A DNA stretch of 64,000 nt from a bacterium (GTDB lineage: Bacteria > Zixibacteria > MSB-5A5 > GN15 > FEB-12), in contig JADJGQ010000002.1 in the NCBI GenBank assembly GCA_016708025.1, positions 838,232-902,231 on the forward strand, read 5' to 3'. Under the pieces are notes generated by a model, which worked only from the letters and a program-made list of their open reading frames with translations, did not search any database and was not told the origin of the DNA. Shown here piece by piece: positions 20,401 through 29,992 of this stretch (its first letter is position 1; every line of letters starts with the position of its first letter). Made by a program: the position numbers and the translations under genes.

Positions 20401-21341
20401 TGTCAGCCGTTCGCAATCTCCTCAAGATACAGCAGAAAAATCGTTCGATGATCTGTCTCGGGTTGGATCTCGACCCCAAGAAGATGCCATCGGAATACTC
20501 CGGTTCGGCCAAGGGGCTCTTTGATTTTGCACATCGAATCATCGATGCTACCGCAGATCTGGTCTGTGCCTACAAGCCGAACATGGCTTTTTATGAATCG
20601 CTTGGCCCGGATGGTTTGTCATTACTCAAGGTGATCCGCGATCGGATCCCGGAAGAGATCCCGGTCATCATGGATGGAAAACGTGGGGATATCGGCAACA
20701 CGGCGCAGTATTATGCCGAAGCGATGTATGATCGCTACCGCGCAGACTGGGTGACGCTGAACCCTTATATGGGGTATGATTCATTGCGGCCATTTCTGGA
20801 GTTCAAAGATAAGGGAGCGTTCATTCTCTGCCTGACCTCCAACCCCGGCTCTAAGGATTTTCAGTTGCTGGAGATCGACCAGAAACCGCTTTATCTGCAT
20901 GTCGCGGAAAAAGTGCTCTACTGGAACAAAGAAGGGAATTGCGGATTGGTGGTCGGCGCAACGCATCCGGATCAGCTCAAAGGGATTCGCGATGTTGCCG
21001 GTGAGATGCCGTTCCTGATCCCCGGAGTCGGAGCACAGGGAGGCTCGCTGGAAGAAGCCGCTATTTTAGGGAGCGACAATTTCCGCAAACCGGCGGTGAT
21101 CAATGTCTCGCGCTCGGTGTTGTATGCGTCGAGCGACAAGGATTTTGCCCAGCGGGCACGGGCGGAGCTGGAGCGTCTCAATGCGCAGGTGACACAACTT
21201 CGGGCGAAAGTCTTCCAGAACCAGCCGGCACCACCGCCACCGGTCGAACCAGCCGCCGAATCGACAGATGCCCCGCAAGCTGTTTCACCCGAACCGAATA
21301 CGGGCGAACAGCCTGAACGCAACAACCCGGCTCCGAATTGA
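20400..21341 (+). CDS. pyrF: Orotidine-5'-phosphate decarboxylase (type 2) with a Pro/Ala-rich C-terminal tail
   Basis: ATG at 20400 forms a TAATG overlap with the pyrD stop, and AGAGG lies 5 nt upstream. The motif DGKRGDIGNT is present. The last ~50 aa are QPAPPPPVEPAAE...NNPAPN. Confidence 0.88.
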   Translation: MSAVRNLLKIQQKNRSMICLGLDLDPKKMPSEYSGSAKGLFDFAHRIIDATADLVCAYKPNMAFYESLGPDGLSLLKVIRDRIPEEIPVIMDGKRGDIGNTAQYYAEAMYDRYRADWVTLNPYMGYDSLRPFLEFKDKGAFILCLTSNPGSKDFQLLEIDQKPLYLHVAEKVLYWNKEGNCGLVVGATHPDQLKGIRDVAGEMPFLIPGVGAQGGSLEEAAILGSDNFRKPAVINVSRSVLYASSDKDFAQRARAELERLNAQVTQLRAKVFQNQPAPPPPVEPAAESTDAPQAVSPEPNTGEQPERNNPAPN

Positions 21342-21504
21342 TCATAATAGCATACCGCGCGGCACCTTTGCGGCGCGGTCAGAGCCGGTCCGAATCAGCA
21401 CTTTTCCGGGTTCCATCCTCTTCTGATTATCGTATACTTATTATATCCATTATCCGCCCCGGGTATCGGGACGGAGTCTGTCAAGTCTGTTGCAGGAGGT
21501 TGTC

Positions 21505-22080
21505 ATGTTGATCGGTGATGAGCAGAAAGAGCTGAAGGCTGCCGAAGAGCAGTTTAAGGCAGCCCGGGAAAACCTACTCGCGGTCCGTCGCGCCCAACCA
21601 CCGCTTCCGGTCAAGGACTATGTGTTGACCAACACGCACGGCAAACCGGTTATGCTCTCCGATCTGTTCGCCGGCAAAGATGAGCTAATGGTGATCCATA
21701 ACATGGGACGAGGCTGCGCGTATTGCACACTCTGGGCCGACGGATTCAATGGTATCTGGCAACACCTGGCGAACCGTGCGCCGTTTGCGGTTGTCACGCC
21801 TGATTCGGCGGAGAAGGTCAAGGAGTTTTCGACCGGCCGCGGCTGGACTTTCCCGATCTACTCCTCCCACGGCACCAGCTTTTTTCCGGATCTCGGATTT
21901 GCGAATGAAAAGGGATCACCGTACCCCGGAGTTTCAACCTTCAAGCGGAATGCGGATGGTTCTATCGTGCGGGTCTGTCACGATTATTTCGGACCGGGAG
22001 ACCTCTACTGTTCGGTCTGGCATCTGCTGGATCTGATGCCGAAAGGGGTCAACGACTGGGAGCCGATGTACAAATACTAG
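21505..22080 (+). CDS. DUF899-type thioredoxin-fold protein
   Basis: ATG at 21505 lies 5 nt after AGGAGG. The layout DYVLTN..GKPVMLSDLFAGKDELMVIHNMG..CAYCTLWADGF is characteristic of DUF899. Confidence 0.7.
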   Translation: MLIGDEQKELKAAEEQFKAARENLLAVRRAQPPLPVKDYVLTNTHGKPVMLSDLFAGKDELMVIHNMGRGCAYCTLWADGFNGIWQHLANRAPFAVVTPDSAEKVKEFSTGRGWTFPIYSSHGTSFFPDLGFANEKGSPYPGVSTFKRNADGSIVRVCHDYFGPGDLYCSVWHLLDLMPKGVNDWEPMYKY

Positions 22081-22111
22081 GTCTTCAGTCGACTCAGATT
22101 TGAAATAGAGC

Positions 22112-22140
22112 GCGGAGCCGGATTCGGTTCCGCGTTTTGT
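22112..22140 (+). terminator. Rho-independent terminator
   Basis: GCGGAGCCG-gatt-CGGTTCCGC 9-bp stem (one G.U pair) followed by GTTTTGTTG. Confidence 0.7.
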
Positions 22141-22263
22141 TGAGAATAAGCCCATTCGATTTATATCCGAAGTGGCTGCGACTTTCCAAGCTAACGGACG
22201 GCGCCACTTGCCGCTTGCTTTCAACTCTCCTATATTCCGACGCAAAAAAGATGGGAGCAAATC

Positions 22264-22605
22264 ATGTCTGAGCGGGTAAAAGAATGGCAGGCAGAACGAG
22301 CACGCCTCAACGAGATCGTGCTCAATCGAGAAGACCTTAACATCAAGCGATTCTTCGGGATAGACTCAGCGGTCTACCGCAAGGGGGCGCTCGATGCCAA
22401 AACCAAGGAGATGCTTGGTCTGGTCGGCTCGCTGGTTCTTCGCTGTGATGACTGTATCACCTATCACGTCATCCAGGTCAAAGAAGCCGGATTGACCGAT
22501 GCTGAGTTTGATGAAGTGATGTCGATCGCATTGGTGGTCGGCGGATCGATCACAATCCCACACCTTCGCCGGGCCTATCGGACCTGGGAGGAATTAAAAG
22601 GATAA
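22264..22605 (+). CDS. Carboxymuconolactone decarboxylase / AhpD-like family protein
   Basis: 113-aa ORF with the CxxC-His motif RCDDCITYH in an AhpD-like helical context. Confidence 0.75.
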   Translation: MSERVKEWQAERARLNEIVLNREDLNIKRFFGIDSAVYRKGALDAKTKEMLGLVGSLVLRCDDCITYHVIQVKEAGLTDAEFDEVMSIALVVGGSITIPHLRRAYRTWEELKG

Positions 22606-23486
22606 TGCGCAAACTACTTTTGTTAACGCTGCTGTTGTTGATGGTTGGTTCGACCATCTGGTCGCAGACACCCAACAAAGTCTCTGAGGAAGAACTGAAC
22701 AAGTTTTTCAAGAATTACCCGTACGTCCTGTACAAAACCAAGATATTCAACGCGGAATCTGAGTTTGCCTGGCCTGACGGATTCAAGCGGATGCCTGATT
22801 CCAAGATGACCAAATATCAGGCCTGGGTTTCGCGGATGCCGCTCTGGCATTCCCTGAAAGGGGTGGCGACTCTGGGACAGGGACTGGCGTTTGAAGCGGA
22901 TGAGATATCCCGATGTGTCATGCTTCCCTGGCGGACCAGCAAGTTTTTCGACTATGTGATCCCGATGCAGATCCAACTCGAGTGGCTGTTGAAAGAACAG
23001 CGGGCCGACCGATGGCAGATCCTCCCGAAAGCGGGGGATACGATGAGTTATGCGCGCTGGCTCAATTCGACGCCGATCTATGACTCGCGGATGCGCCTGA
23101 TCCTGAAGCCATCCGAAGTGCGGATGCCGGACTCGCTCGAATACAATCGGTTTTTCAATCTGGTCGCCGACAACAGCAACTATCTCTCGCTGGAAACAAA
23201 CAGCGATTCGGTCAGCGAAGCGGACCTTCGACCCGGCGATATGCTGATCGCCCGAACCGAGATCGGGACAACCGGTCGTGTGTATGTGATCCTGACCATT
23301 CTGCAGAATGACCAGGGTGATAAGCGTTACCTGATCGCCACCGGTGGAAATCCGCCATGTGACTTTTATATCCCTCTTTTCCACGACAATCAGAACGATC
23401 CCTGGCTCACCCTCGATGAATTGAAGGGATTGCCGCCCCAAGAGTTCTCGTATAAAGGGTTCTATCGCCTGCGCATGCCGAAATGA
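22605..23486 (+). CDS. Secreted protein of unknown function
   Basis: 293-aa ORF with a TAATG overlap with the upstream gene. Signal peptide MRKLLLLTLLLLMVGSTIWS/Q. I recognise no motif. The antisense ORF 22623..23441 is rejected. Confidence 0.7.
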   Translation: MRKLLLLTLLLLMVGSTIWSQTPNKVSEEELNKFFKNYPYVLYKTKIFNAESEFAWPDGFKRMPDSKMTKYQAWVSRMPLWHSLKGVATLGQGLAFEADEISRCVMLPWRTSKFFDYVIPMQIQLEWLLKEQRADRWQILPKAGDTMSYARWLNSTPIYDSRMRLILKPSEVRMPDSLEYNRFFNLVADNSNYLSLETNSDSVSEADLRPGDMLIARTEIGTTGRVYVILTILQNDQGDKRYLIATGGNPPCDFYIPLFHDNQNDPWLTLDELKGLPPQEFSYKGFYRLRMPK

Positions 23487-23531
23487 TCCATTTTAGTTGA
23501 TTCACCTCGCCGCCATCGGTAGGATGGCGGC

Positions 23532-24728
23532 ATGCAAAGATACATCCCGCTCTTTCTCCTGATCGCGCTGGTTTCATCCGGCGCAGTAAACGCGCGGACA
23601 GTCCGCGTCAATACCGATCTGCAAACCGCTATCGACAAAGCCAAATCCGGTGATACACTGATCCTTTCTGCGGCAGAGTTCTCCGCCAAGCCGACCTCGT
23701 TTGTCGAGCCGCTTTGCGGCAACTGTCTCGATCCGCGCACGCCGGTCGCCGCGACCTATGGGTTTATCATCAAAGACAAATCGATCACTATCGTCGGGTC
23801 AGATCGTGCTGGAACACGCCTGATCACTAACGCCGGCTATGGGCTGTATATTGAGAATTCCCAAGAAACACTAATCCGCAATCTGACGATCACCGGCGGG
23901 GTCCGCGATACCAGCGGCAACGCCACCGATGCCGGCATAGTGATTCGTTCTTCAAAGGTTCGGATTGAGCAGGTCGATGTCCGTGATAACACTCACCGGC
24001 TGGATAGCGTGGTGGTGGGGATCGGCGGGATATTCAGCCGTGAGGCTTCCGAAGTGACGATCAGCCATTGTGGCATCATCAACAATGGGTGGGACGGAGT
24101 CGCGCTTTATCGAGGAGCCAATGTCACCGTCACAGATTGTGTCATCAAGGATGGTCGCGGCGCCGGGATCGGAGTGACCTGGGATGGAACCTGCACTGCT
24201 TATCGCAACGATGTTTCCGGTTTTTGGAAAGGAATCGGCGCGTTTGGAACGTCATGGGTGATCGCCCGGAATAATCTGGTGCATGACAATCTTGGCTGGG
24301 GGATGATCGCAACCGGTGAATCCTTCATGGACATGACTAATAACGTCGTTTATCACAACGGCAATTGCGGCGTGGCTCCCTGGTCGACCGATGCCCGCGG
24401 ACGGATCGTCAATAATATCATCGTCGACAACGGATGGCGCGATGAATGGGTATGCCCCTGTGTAGGTGTCTGGTTTTACGGAGATTGGTCTAAGTGGGTT
24501 TTCACGAATAATCTGGTCTTCAACAACAAGGCAGGTAATTACCAGGCGATCTGGGATCAGACCGATTACAACTTCAATCAAAGCAAAGACCCGATGTTTG
24601 TGGGGAATGGGGATTTCCATCTCAAGCCGGAATCACCGGCCATCAACAGTGGCGATTCGACCACGTATGATCCTGACGGGAGTATCTCCGATCTTGGAAT
24701 TTACGGTGGTTCGCAAAGGCGCAAATAA
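23532..24728 (+). CDS. Secreted right-handed parallel beta-helix repeat protein
   Basis: 398-aa ORF with a signal peptide ending GAVNA/R. It has periodic ~22-aa repeats (..I.N..I.GG.., N.V.DN..G) typical of pectate-lyase/NosD-type beta-helices. Confidence 0.75.
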   Translation: MQRYIPLFLLIALVSSGAVNARTVRVNTDLQTAIDKAKSGDTLILSAAEFSAKPTSFVEPLCGNCLDPRTPVAATYGFIIKDKSITIVGSDRAGTRLITNAGYGLYIENSQETLIRNLTITGGVRDTSGNATDAGIVIRSSKVRIEQVDVRDNTHRLDSVVVGIGGIFSREASEVTISHCGIINNGWDGVALYRGANVTVTDCVIKDGRGAGIGVTWDGTCTAYRNDVSGFWKGIGAFGTSWVIARNNLVHDNLGWGMIATGESFMDMTNNVVYHNGNCGVAPWSTDARGRIVNNIIVDNGWRDEWVCPCVGVWFYGDWSKWVFTNNLVFNNKAGNYQAIWDQTDYNFNQSKDPMFVGNGDFHLKPESPAINSGDSTTYDPDGSISDLGIYGGSQRRK

Positions 24729-24857
24729 TTCTGGATCAATAGGTTTCGTGGATCTATGAGGATTTGGTTACTCTACGATATTACGGTAACTTTGGCCAAC
24801 CAGACTGCCGATACTGTGTACAATCAGATACAGTGTCATTTCACCGGAGGAAATTGA

Positions 24858-25793
24858 ATGAACAGATCACGAATGATCCTCACGTCCGTATTGCTGACCA
24901 TGCTGGTCGGCCTGGTTGGATGCAGCAGTAATGGAACTGACCCGGTTGCCAAAACAGCAGGCGATACTACCGCCACTGAATACAAAGCGGCGGAACAGGT
25001 CTTTTCCGATGCCAATGAACTTGGGAGCGATGGTATCGGCGAAGCACTCGACATGGTCTCCGAAGTTGTCGGCTCACAGGCACAGGCGCCACTTGGCCGG
25101 ATTGATATCAGGTCGGCAAGCGCGGTCGCGGCCGATACACTGGAGTATCACTTTGACTCCGACTATTGGTATCGTGTCCATAGCCAGGTCGATACCGAAT
25201 ATGTCGATGGAAGCGACGCGATCAAATCGATCATCGCGTGGTATGTACGCGACTCTCTGCAATTCCGACACGGCAATGATGCCGTCGCAGTCCCTGACTC
25301 GGCGTTGCTGACAGAGCTTCGCTTTGGCAGGGTCGCCGAAGGATGGAATCAGGTTGACGCGGATTCGCTCTCGATCCATCAGGAAGCCAACATCGTCGGC
25401 GAAGCCGGGGAGATCGCCGGTTTGGGCGATGTGGTGATCAACAGCGGCGCCGCCCTGAATGGCTCGGCCAACCGACATGTCGAGAATCTGGAAACGAATT
25501 ACGAATGTTCGTTTGCGTTTGATCTGGATGGCTCATGGAATAATGTCGCCCTGAATATGTTCAACGTGATCGAACTGGGCGACTGTCCGTCGTCAGGCAG
25601 CATCAGGATGTCGGGTGGCTTAAATGCCGGCTGTTTCAGCGAAGCCGATTCCGTGCAGTTTAATGGCCAGTGGTCAGCCAGTCTCACCTATAACATGGGC
25701 ACGCAGACGGCGGTCTTTGAGAATGCCACCACTCGCTGGACTGAGACCTCTGAATGCGGTCTGACTCAGCCATTGAGTGTCAGAATTAGATAG
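24858..25793 (+). CDS. Lipoprotein of unknown function
   Basis: 311-aa ORF with GGAGGA 7 nt upstream and lipobox LVGLVG/CSS. Confidence 0.7.
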   Translation: MNRSRMILTSVLLTMLVGLVGCSSNGTDPVAKTAGDTTATEYKAAEQVFSDANELGSDGIGEALDMVSEVVGSQAQAPLGRIDIRSASAVAADTLEYHFDSDYWYRVHSQVDTEYVDGSDAIKSIIAWYVRDSLQFRHGNDAVAVPDSALLTELRFGRVAEGWNQVDADSLSIHQEANIVGEAGEIAGLGDVVINSGAALNGSANRHVENLETNYECSFAFDLDGSWNNVALNMFNVIELGDCPSSGSIRMSGGLNAGCFSEADSVQFNGQWSASLTYNMGTQTAVFENATTRWTETSECGLTQPLSVRIR

Positions 25794-25813
25794 ATTGGAA
25801 AGTTTTCTAAGTG

Positions 25814-25842
25814 AAGGCCCTGCGGTGCGGGGCCTTTTTTAT
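25814..25842 (+). terminator. Rho-independent terminator
   Basis: GGCCCTGC-ggt-GCGGGGCC 8-bp stem (one G.U pair), followed by the T-run 25835-25840. Confidence 0.8.
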
Positions 25843-25852
25843 TGCAGTCGAT

Positions 25853-27475
25853 TCAGCGGATGAATCTGGTTGGGTCGGTGATCGCTGCATGCAGCGCTGA
25901 TGCCGCCGCAGTCGCCGGCGAGCAGTAGAGGATCTCAGCTTTTGGCAATTTGACAAACGTCGGAAGATTCTGACACGTAGTGGAGAGACACCGTTCTCCC
26001 TGCGACAGCGTACCGCCAAAGGCGAGCATACCGGAGTTGCCGGAGGCGGTGATCACCGCGCCGGCCTCGACCAGTACTCTGACCAGACCTTTGTTGAGGG
26101 CTTCGAGATAGACCGATCGCGAGGCAGGCATGATCACCAGTCGACAGTCACCATGCACCTGTTTTCCCTTAAGAATTTCTGCGACAACCCGCAGGTCATC
26201 GAACCGCCCGGATGAGATGGAGCCGACAATGATCAGGCTGACCGAGGTTCCTTCCAGTTCGGCGACCGCTTTGATCCGCTCTGATTTGTTGGGAGTGAGG
26301 ATCAAGGGGCCGACATGGTCGATACTGACTTGCAGCAGTTCACTATATTCGGCGTTTTTGTCAGGGATGACCGGCTTGTAGGTCGTTGAGTGGCGACCCG
26401 TCAGATAACGGCGCGTCGTCGCATCATAGGGAAGAAGCGCTCCGGCGACCTCGAGTTCGGAGGAATAGGCGGCGATTGCCATGCGCTCACTCTGGGTCAT
26501 TTGTGAAATGACCGCGCCGCCATACTCAATTGTTTTTCCGGCAATTCCGTCGGAAGGCAGATCGCGATATAGTGCGAACATGATATCCCGAGCGGAAATA
26601 GCCTTGCCGCGGCGTCCATTGATCGATACACGCACTGAATCCGGCACGGTCAAACTTACATTCCCGTGTGCCCAGATCGGGGGGATCTCTGCAAGGGGAC
26701 ATCCTAGTCCAAGCGCTCCGACCGAACCAAACATGGTTGCCTGATGATCTGACCCGACCAGCAACTGGCCGGGAAGAACATGTCCTTTTTCAATCACAAC
26801 CTGGTGACAGAGGCCGTCGCGCAGATCATACAACTGCTTCACTCGTTGGCGACGGAAAAATTCGCGATTTCCGAGCGGCTGGCTATTCCCGTTTGTGCCG
26901 CTGTCGGAAATACCGTAATCAAGGGAGACTACTACTTTGTTGGGATTCCAGAAGTAGTCCGCGCCGGAATCACGAAACTGCTGAACGACTTTGCCAAGTT
27001 CAGTGTGCGTGATGACGGCATCGGGTTCAACCGTCACCGTCTCACCGATCTCGACTCGTTCACGATTGGCCAGGCGGGAGAGGATCTTCTGGGCGATGGT
27101 CTGTTTGCCGTACAACGATACTGAGTGCTGGCTGGTCTTGACGCCCGGGAAGTCGAGCTCCAACTGCTCCAGTTTCAGAAAGGCAGGCTTTTCCTTGATG
27201 GCGTAGCGTCGACGCCAGTTGTAAAAGGCCGCCTTGGAGAGGCCTAGTTCGAGCCCGGCCTTTTCATCATCGCCATACCGTTCCCAAAGATTGCGGACCT
27301 CGGGCTCGGAGAATTTGGGGAGTGAATGTTTGGGGATATTCTTTTTGCGGCGCCAGTAGGCAACCAGATACGCGGGGACGCCACCCAACCGCTCGCCGAT
27401 CTTTTCATCGGTCTTGTACAACTTCTGCAATTGCAGAAGTTCGGTTTTGGTGGGGGCGGTCCGCTTGCGACTCAT
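25853..27475 (-). CDS. Aconitase/LeuC-fold protein lacking the Fe-S cysteine ligands, with an N-terminal duplicated HTH-like extension
   Basis: 540-aa ORF. Residues ~120-540 align by eye to LeuC/HacA large subunits, but GSCTNGR is GSISSGR, PGCGPC is SGNSGM and DSHT is SDHQAT. Residues 1-110 carry two ~40-aa repeats ending WRRKKNI / WRRRYAI. Confidence 0.7.
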   Translation of the reverse strand: MSRKRTAPTKTELLQLQKLYKTDEKIGERLGGVPAYLVAYWRRKKNIPKHSLPKFSEPEVRNLWERYGDDEKAGLELGLSKAAFYNWRRRYAIKEKPAFLKLEQLELDFPGVKTSQHSVSLYGKQTIAQKILSRLANRERVEIGETVTVEPDAVITHTELGKVVQQFRDSGADYFWNPNKVVVSLDYGISDSGTNGNSQPLGNREFFRRQRVKQLYDLRDGLCHQVVIEKGHVLPGQLLVGSDHQATMFGSVGALGLGCPLAEIPPIWAHGNVSLTVPDSVRVSINGRRGKAISARDIMFALYRDLPSDGIAGKTIEYGGAVISQMTQSERMAIAAYSSELEVAGALLPYDATTRRYLTGRHSTTYKPVIPDKNAEYSELLQVSIDHVGPLILTPNKSERIKAVAELEGTSVSLIIVGSISSGRFDDLRVVAEILKGKQVHGDCRLVIMPASRSVYLEALNKGLVRVLVEAGAVITASGNSGMLAFGGTLSQGERCLSTTCQNLPTFVKLPKAEILYCSPATAAASALHAAITDPTRFIR

Positions 27476-27978
27476 ACTGCCCCGAACGCTTTTCGCATCC
27501 GCTCGTAGACCGGTTCGAGTGGCACTGACACGACATTGGTTTTCCCCAGAACCGGCATGAAGTTCGTATCGCCGCTCCAGCGAGGAACGATATGCATATG
27601 CAAATGTCCCGGTACGCCTGCTCCCGAGCCGCGCCCGAGATTCATTCCCAGATTCATCGACTGGGGTTTGAGCACCTTCTTGATCACTTTGATGGAGAGG
27701 CGGGTCAGCTCAAAAAACTCCGCCGCCTCTTCCGGCGTTAGTCGCTCGACATGTCCAACATGACGATTCGGGACCACCAGCGTATGTCCAGTGTTGTAGG
27801 GGAATTTGTTCAGGATGACAAAGACACGCTTGCCTCGATAGACAATCAGGTTTTCCACAGAGTCTTTCATCTTGTACCGCCGGCAAAAGACACACCCCTT
27901 CTCCTTCTTGTTGAGGACAAAGGCGGAGCGCCAGGGAGCCCATAAAATGTCATCTGTCATAGTGTCAGAAATATACAC
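27472..27978 (-). CDS. HIT-family nucleotide hydrolase/transferase
   Basis: 168-aa ORF with the histidine triad HLHMHIVPRW, an N-terminal CVFC and GDTNFMPV. An ATGA overlap couples it to the downstream aconitase-like gene. Confidence 0.85.
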   Translation of the reverse strand: MYISDTMTDDILWAPWRSAFVLNKKEKGCVFCRRYKMKDSVENLIVYRGKRVFVILNKFPYNTGHTLVVPNRHVGHVERLTPEEAAEFFELTRLSIKVIKKVLKPQSMNLGMNLGRGSGAGVPGHLHMHIVPRWSGDTNFMPVLGKTNVVSVPLEPVYERMRKAFGAV

Positions 27979-28212
27979 TGGGAGCGTGGTCGAAAAAAGT
28001 GAAATTGTGGAAATGTCTGGCTATCTGTTTGCCCTATAAGCTGTTGCGAGTAGGCTCAATGAAGAACTGGAAATGAAGACCTGCTTGCGCAAAGAAGCAG
28101 ACGATAACGATATGTCAGGCAAAGAATTAGCTGGGAAACGCCGGTGGCGGTCCAGACCGCCAGAATCTCAATTCAGATAATGACTTCGCACCAAATTCTC
28201 CCCGCCCTTTTT

Positions 28213-29967
28213 TCAGGGCTGAGGAGTCAACGGAGGAGTTAAATTCAACAACTCCCAAAGCAGAGCTGGCGGCACCGAGCCCTCGGCCAGAATCTGATCA
28301 TAAAATGTCTTCTCGGAGAAATTGGAGCCTTCTCGCATCTGCGCCGCCTGGAGCAGTCGCTCGATCTCGCGTTTCCCCATCAGATACGACATCTGCACGG
28401 TTGGGGTATGGGTGTAGCGAAGGACCTCGCGACGGATATACTCTTCCTCGGATTCCGTGTTGATATCCAGCGTGCGGGTCATCCAGTCGACACAGTCATC
28501 GTAGCTCCACTTGCCGGTATGGAGATTGACATCGGCCACGATCCTTGCGGCACGGAAGCGAATACCGCCAAGCACGCCGAGCCATTGCGCGGGATTTTCG
28601 GCGCCAAACAGGCCGGAGCGATAGGCCAACTCTTCGCTAAAGAGTGCCCATCCTTCGATCATCATATTATTGCGCTGCCATTTGCGGATCGGACTTTCGG
28701 CGCGTGCCGCGATCTGCATCTGTAGGTGGTGACCCGGATAGGCTTCATGCACCACTGAACCACGGAATCCCCGACGGTGGACATACCGATAGCGAGCATC
28801 AAGCTGCACCTGATCCATACTGTCAGGCAGCGGGCGGACATAAAAGTGGCCGACTTGCTCGGAATCGAACGGTCCGGCCGGTTGATAGGCGATGCCGCTG
28901 ATCATCGTGCGAAGCATTGGGGGTGTTTCCACCACTCGGCACGGGGCGATATCTTCCGGAACGCTGACGACATTGTTCATCTCAAGGAAAACACGGACCT
29001 GCTCGACCTCCCACTGGTAGTAATCGAGAATGTCGTCGCGAGTGAAGGTCGATGGAATGAACACAGAATCCTGTCCGGTCTGGTGATTTTTCTCGACCGT
29101 ACTCTCAAACTCACGGTAAACTCGGTCAGCCTGGACCAAGAGTGATTCACCTATCTTCAGCAACGAATCGGCGCCAAAATTGAGAAACTGCTCGTGCTGT
29201 AACATATAGTTGAAGTTGGTCTCGCCGATCGCAAACGACTTGTCATCGCCGACTTGAACGGATTCGAGATACCCCAGGAAGCTGTTCATTGCTTCGCGCG
29301 CGGAGGTGGTGATCGCCAGGATCGAGTCCGCCTGCTCAGGGAACTGAACCATCAGGTCCCCACCCACCTGTCGATAGAATTCAATTCCGGCGGCCAATGA
29401 TTCTCTGGCCGCCTGCACAAATACCTTGGGTGGATGTTGCAGGTTCGTGCGTGCGGTGGCGAAGAGTGACGGGATCTGCCGCATGCGTCCCAGTATCGCT
29501 TTGAGTCGCGCCGCAGTAGTACTATCTGCCGATAGCGTCAGGTAGTAGATCCCGTTGATCGCTTCATCAACGTACAATACCGGCGATTTCCGGTGCCAGC
29601 CGATCTTGTCCAGATTCAGCAGAGCAACATCGACGTTTGATTTGATCAGTTTGAGATCGACGCGAGTGTCGGCATCAAAGCTGGCGTTGTTCAGCTTGCC
29701 CAGACGGCTCTCGTATTGTTTGAGCCGGGAGATCATCTCTTTGACCGACTTTGCGGAATAATCCGCCAGACGGTGATCGTAAGCGTGTATTCCCATCTCT
29801 GTCGCGGTCACCGGATAGAAAGACTGCAGACCGGTCAGGATGTCGGCGCTCAGTTCGGCGAAGATCTGGGTTTGGGAGCGGGCATTCTTTTTGGGGGCGG
29901 CCTGGCCGAGTCCAACCAGTAATCCAACAAACGCGATCGCGTATATCAAAGTAATCTTGCGCATCAT
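28213..29967 (-). CDS. DUF885-family secreted metallopeptidase-like protein
   Basis: 584-aa ORF with signal peptide MMRKITLIYAIAFVGLLVGLGQA/A and the HEAYPGHH motif typical of DUF885. Confidence 0.8.
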   Translation of the reverse strand: MMRKITLIYAIAFVGLLVGLGQAAPKKNARSQTQIFAELSADILTGLQSFYPVTATEMGIHAYDHRLADYSAKSVKEMISRLKQYESRLGKLNNASFDADTRVDLKLIKSNVDVALLNLDKIGWHRKSPVLYVDEAINGIYYLTLSADSTTAARLKAILGRMRQIPSLFATARTNLQHPPKVFVQAARESLAAGIEFYRQVGGDLMVQFPEQADSILAITTSAREAMNSFLGYLESVQVGDDKSFAIGETNFNYMLQHEQFLNFGADSLLKIGESLLVQADRVYREFESTVEKNHQTGQDSVFIPSTFTRDDILDYYQWEVEQVRVFLEMNNVVSVPEDIAPCRVVETPPMLRTMISGIAYQPAGPFDSEQVGHFYVRPLPDSMDQVQLDARYRYVHRRGFRGSVVHEAYPGHHLQMQIAARAESPIRKWQRNNMMIEGWALFSEELAYRSGLFGAENPAQWLGVLGGIRFRAARIVADVNLHTGKWSYDDCVDWMTRTLDINTESEEEYIRREVLRYTHTPTVQMSYLMGKREIERLLQAAQMREGSNFSEKTFYDQILAEGSVPPALLWELLNLTPPLTPQP

Positions 29968-29992
29968 TCCTCCAGGTCGCTATCCAGAGCGC

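Noticed and set aside
27146-27475. Whether the N-terminal HTH repeats of the aconitase-like protein are a transposase remnant or IS element.
   Set aside because: There is no DDE or recombinase domain and there are no inverted repeats. The segment is continuous in frame with the aconitase fold and coupled to the HIT gene.
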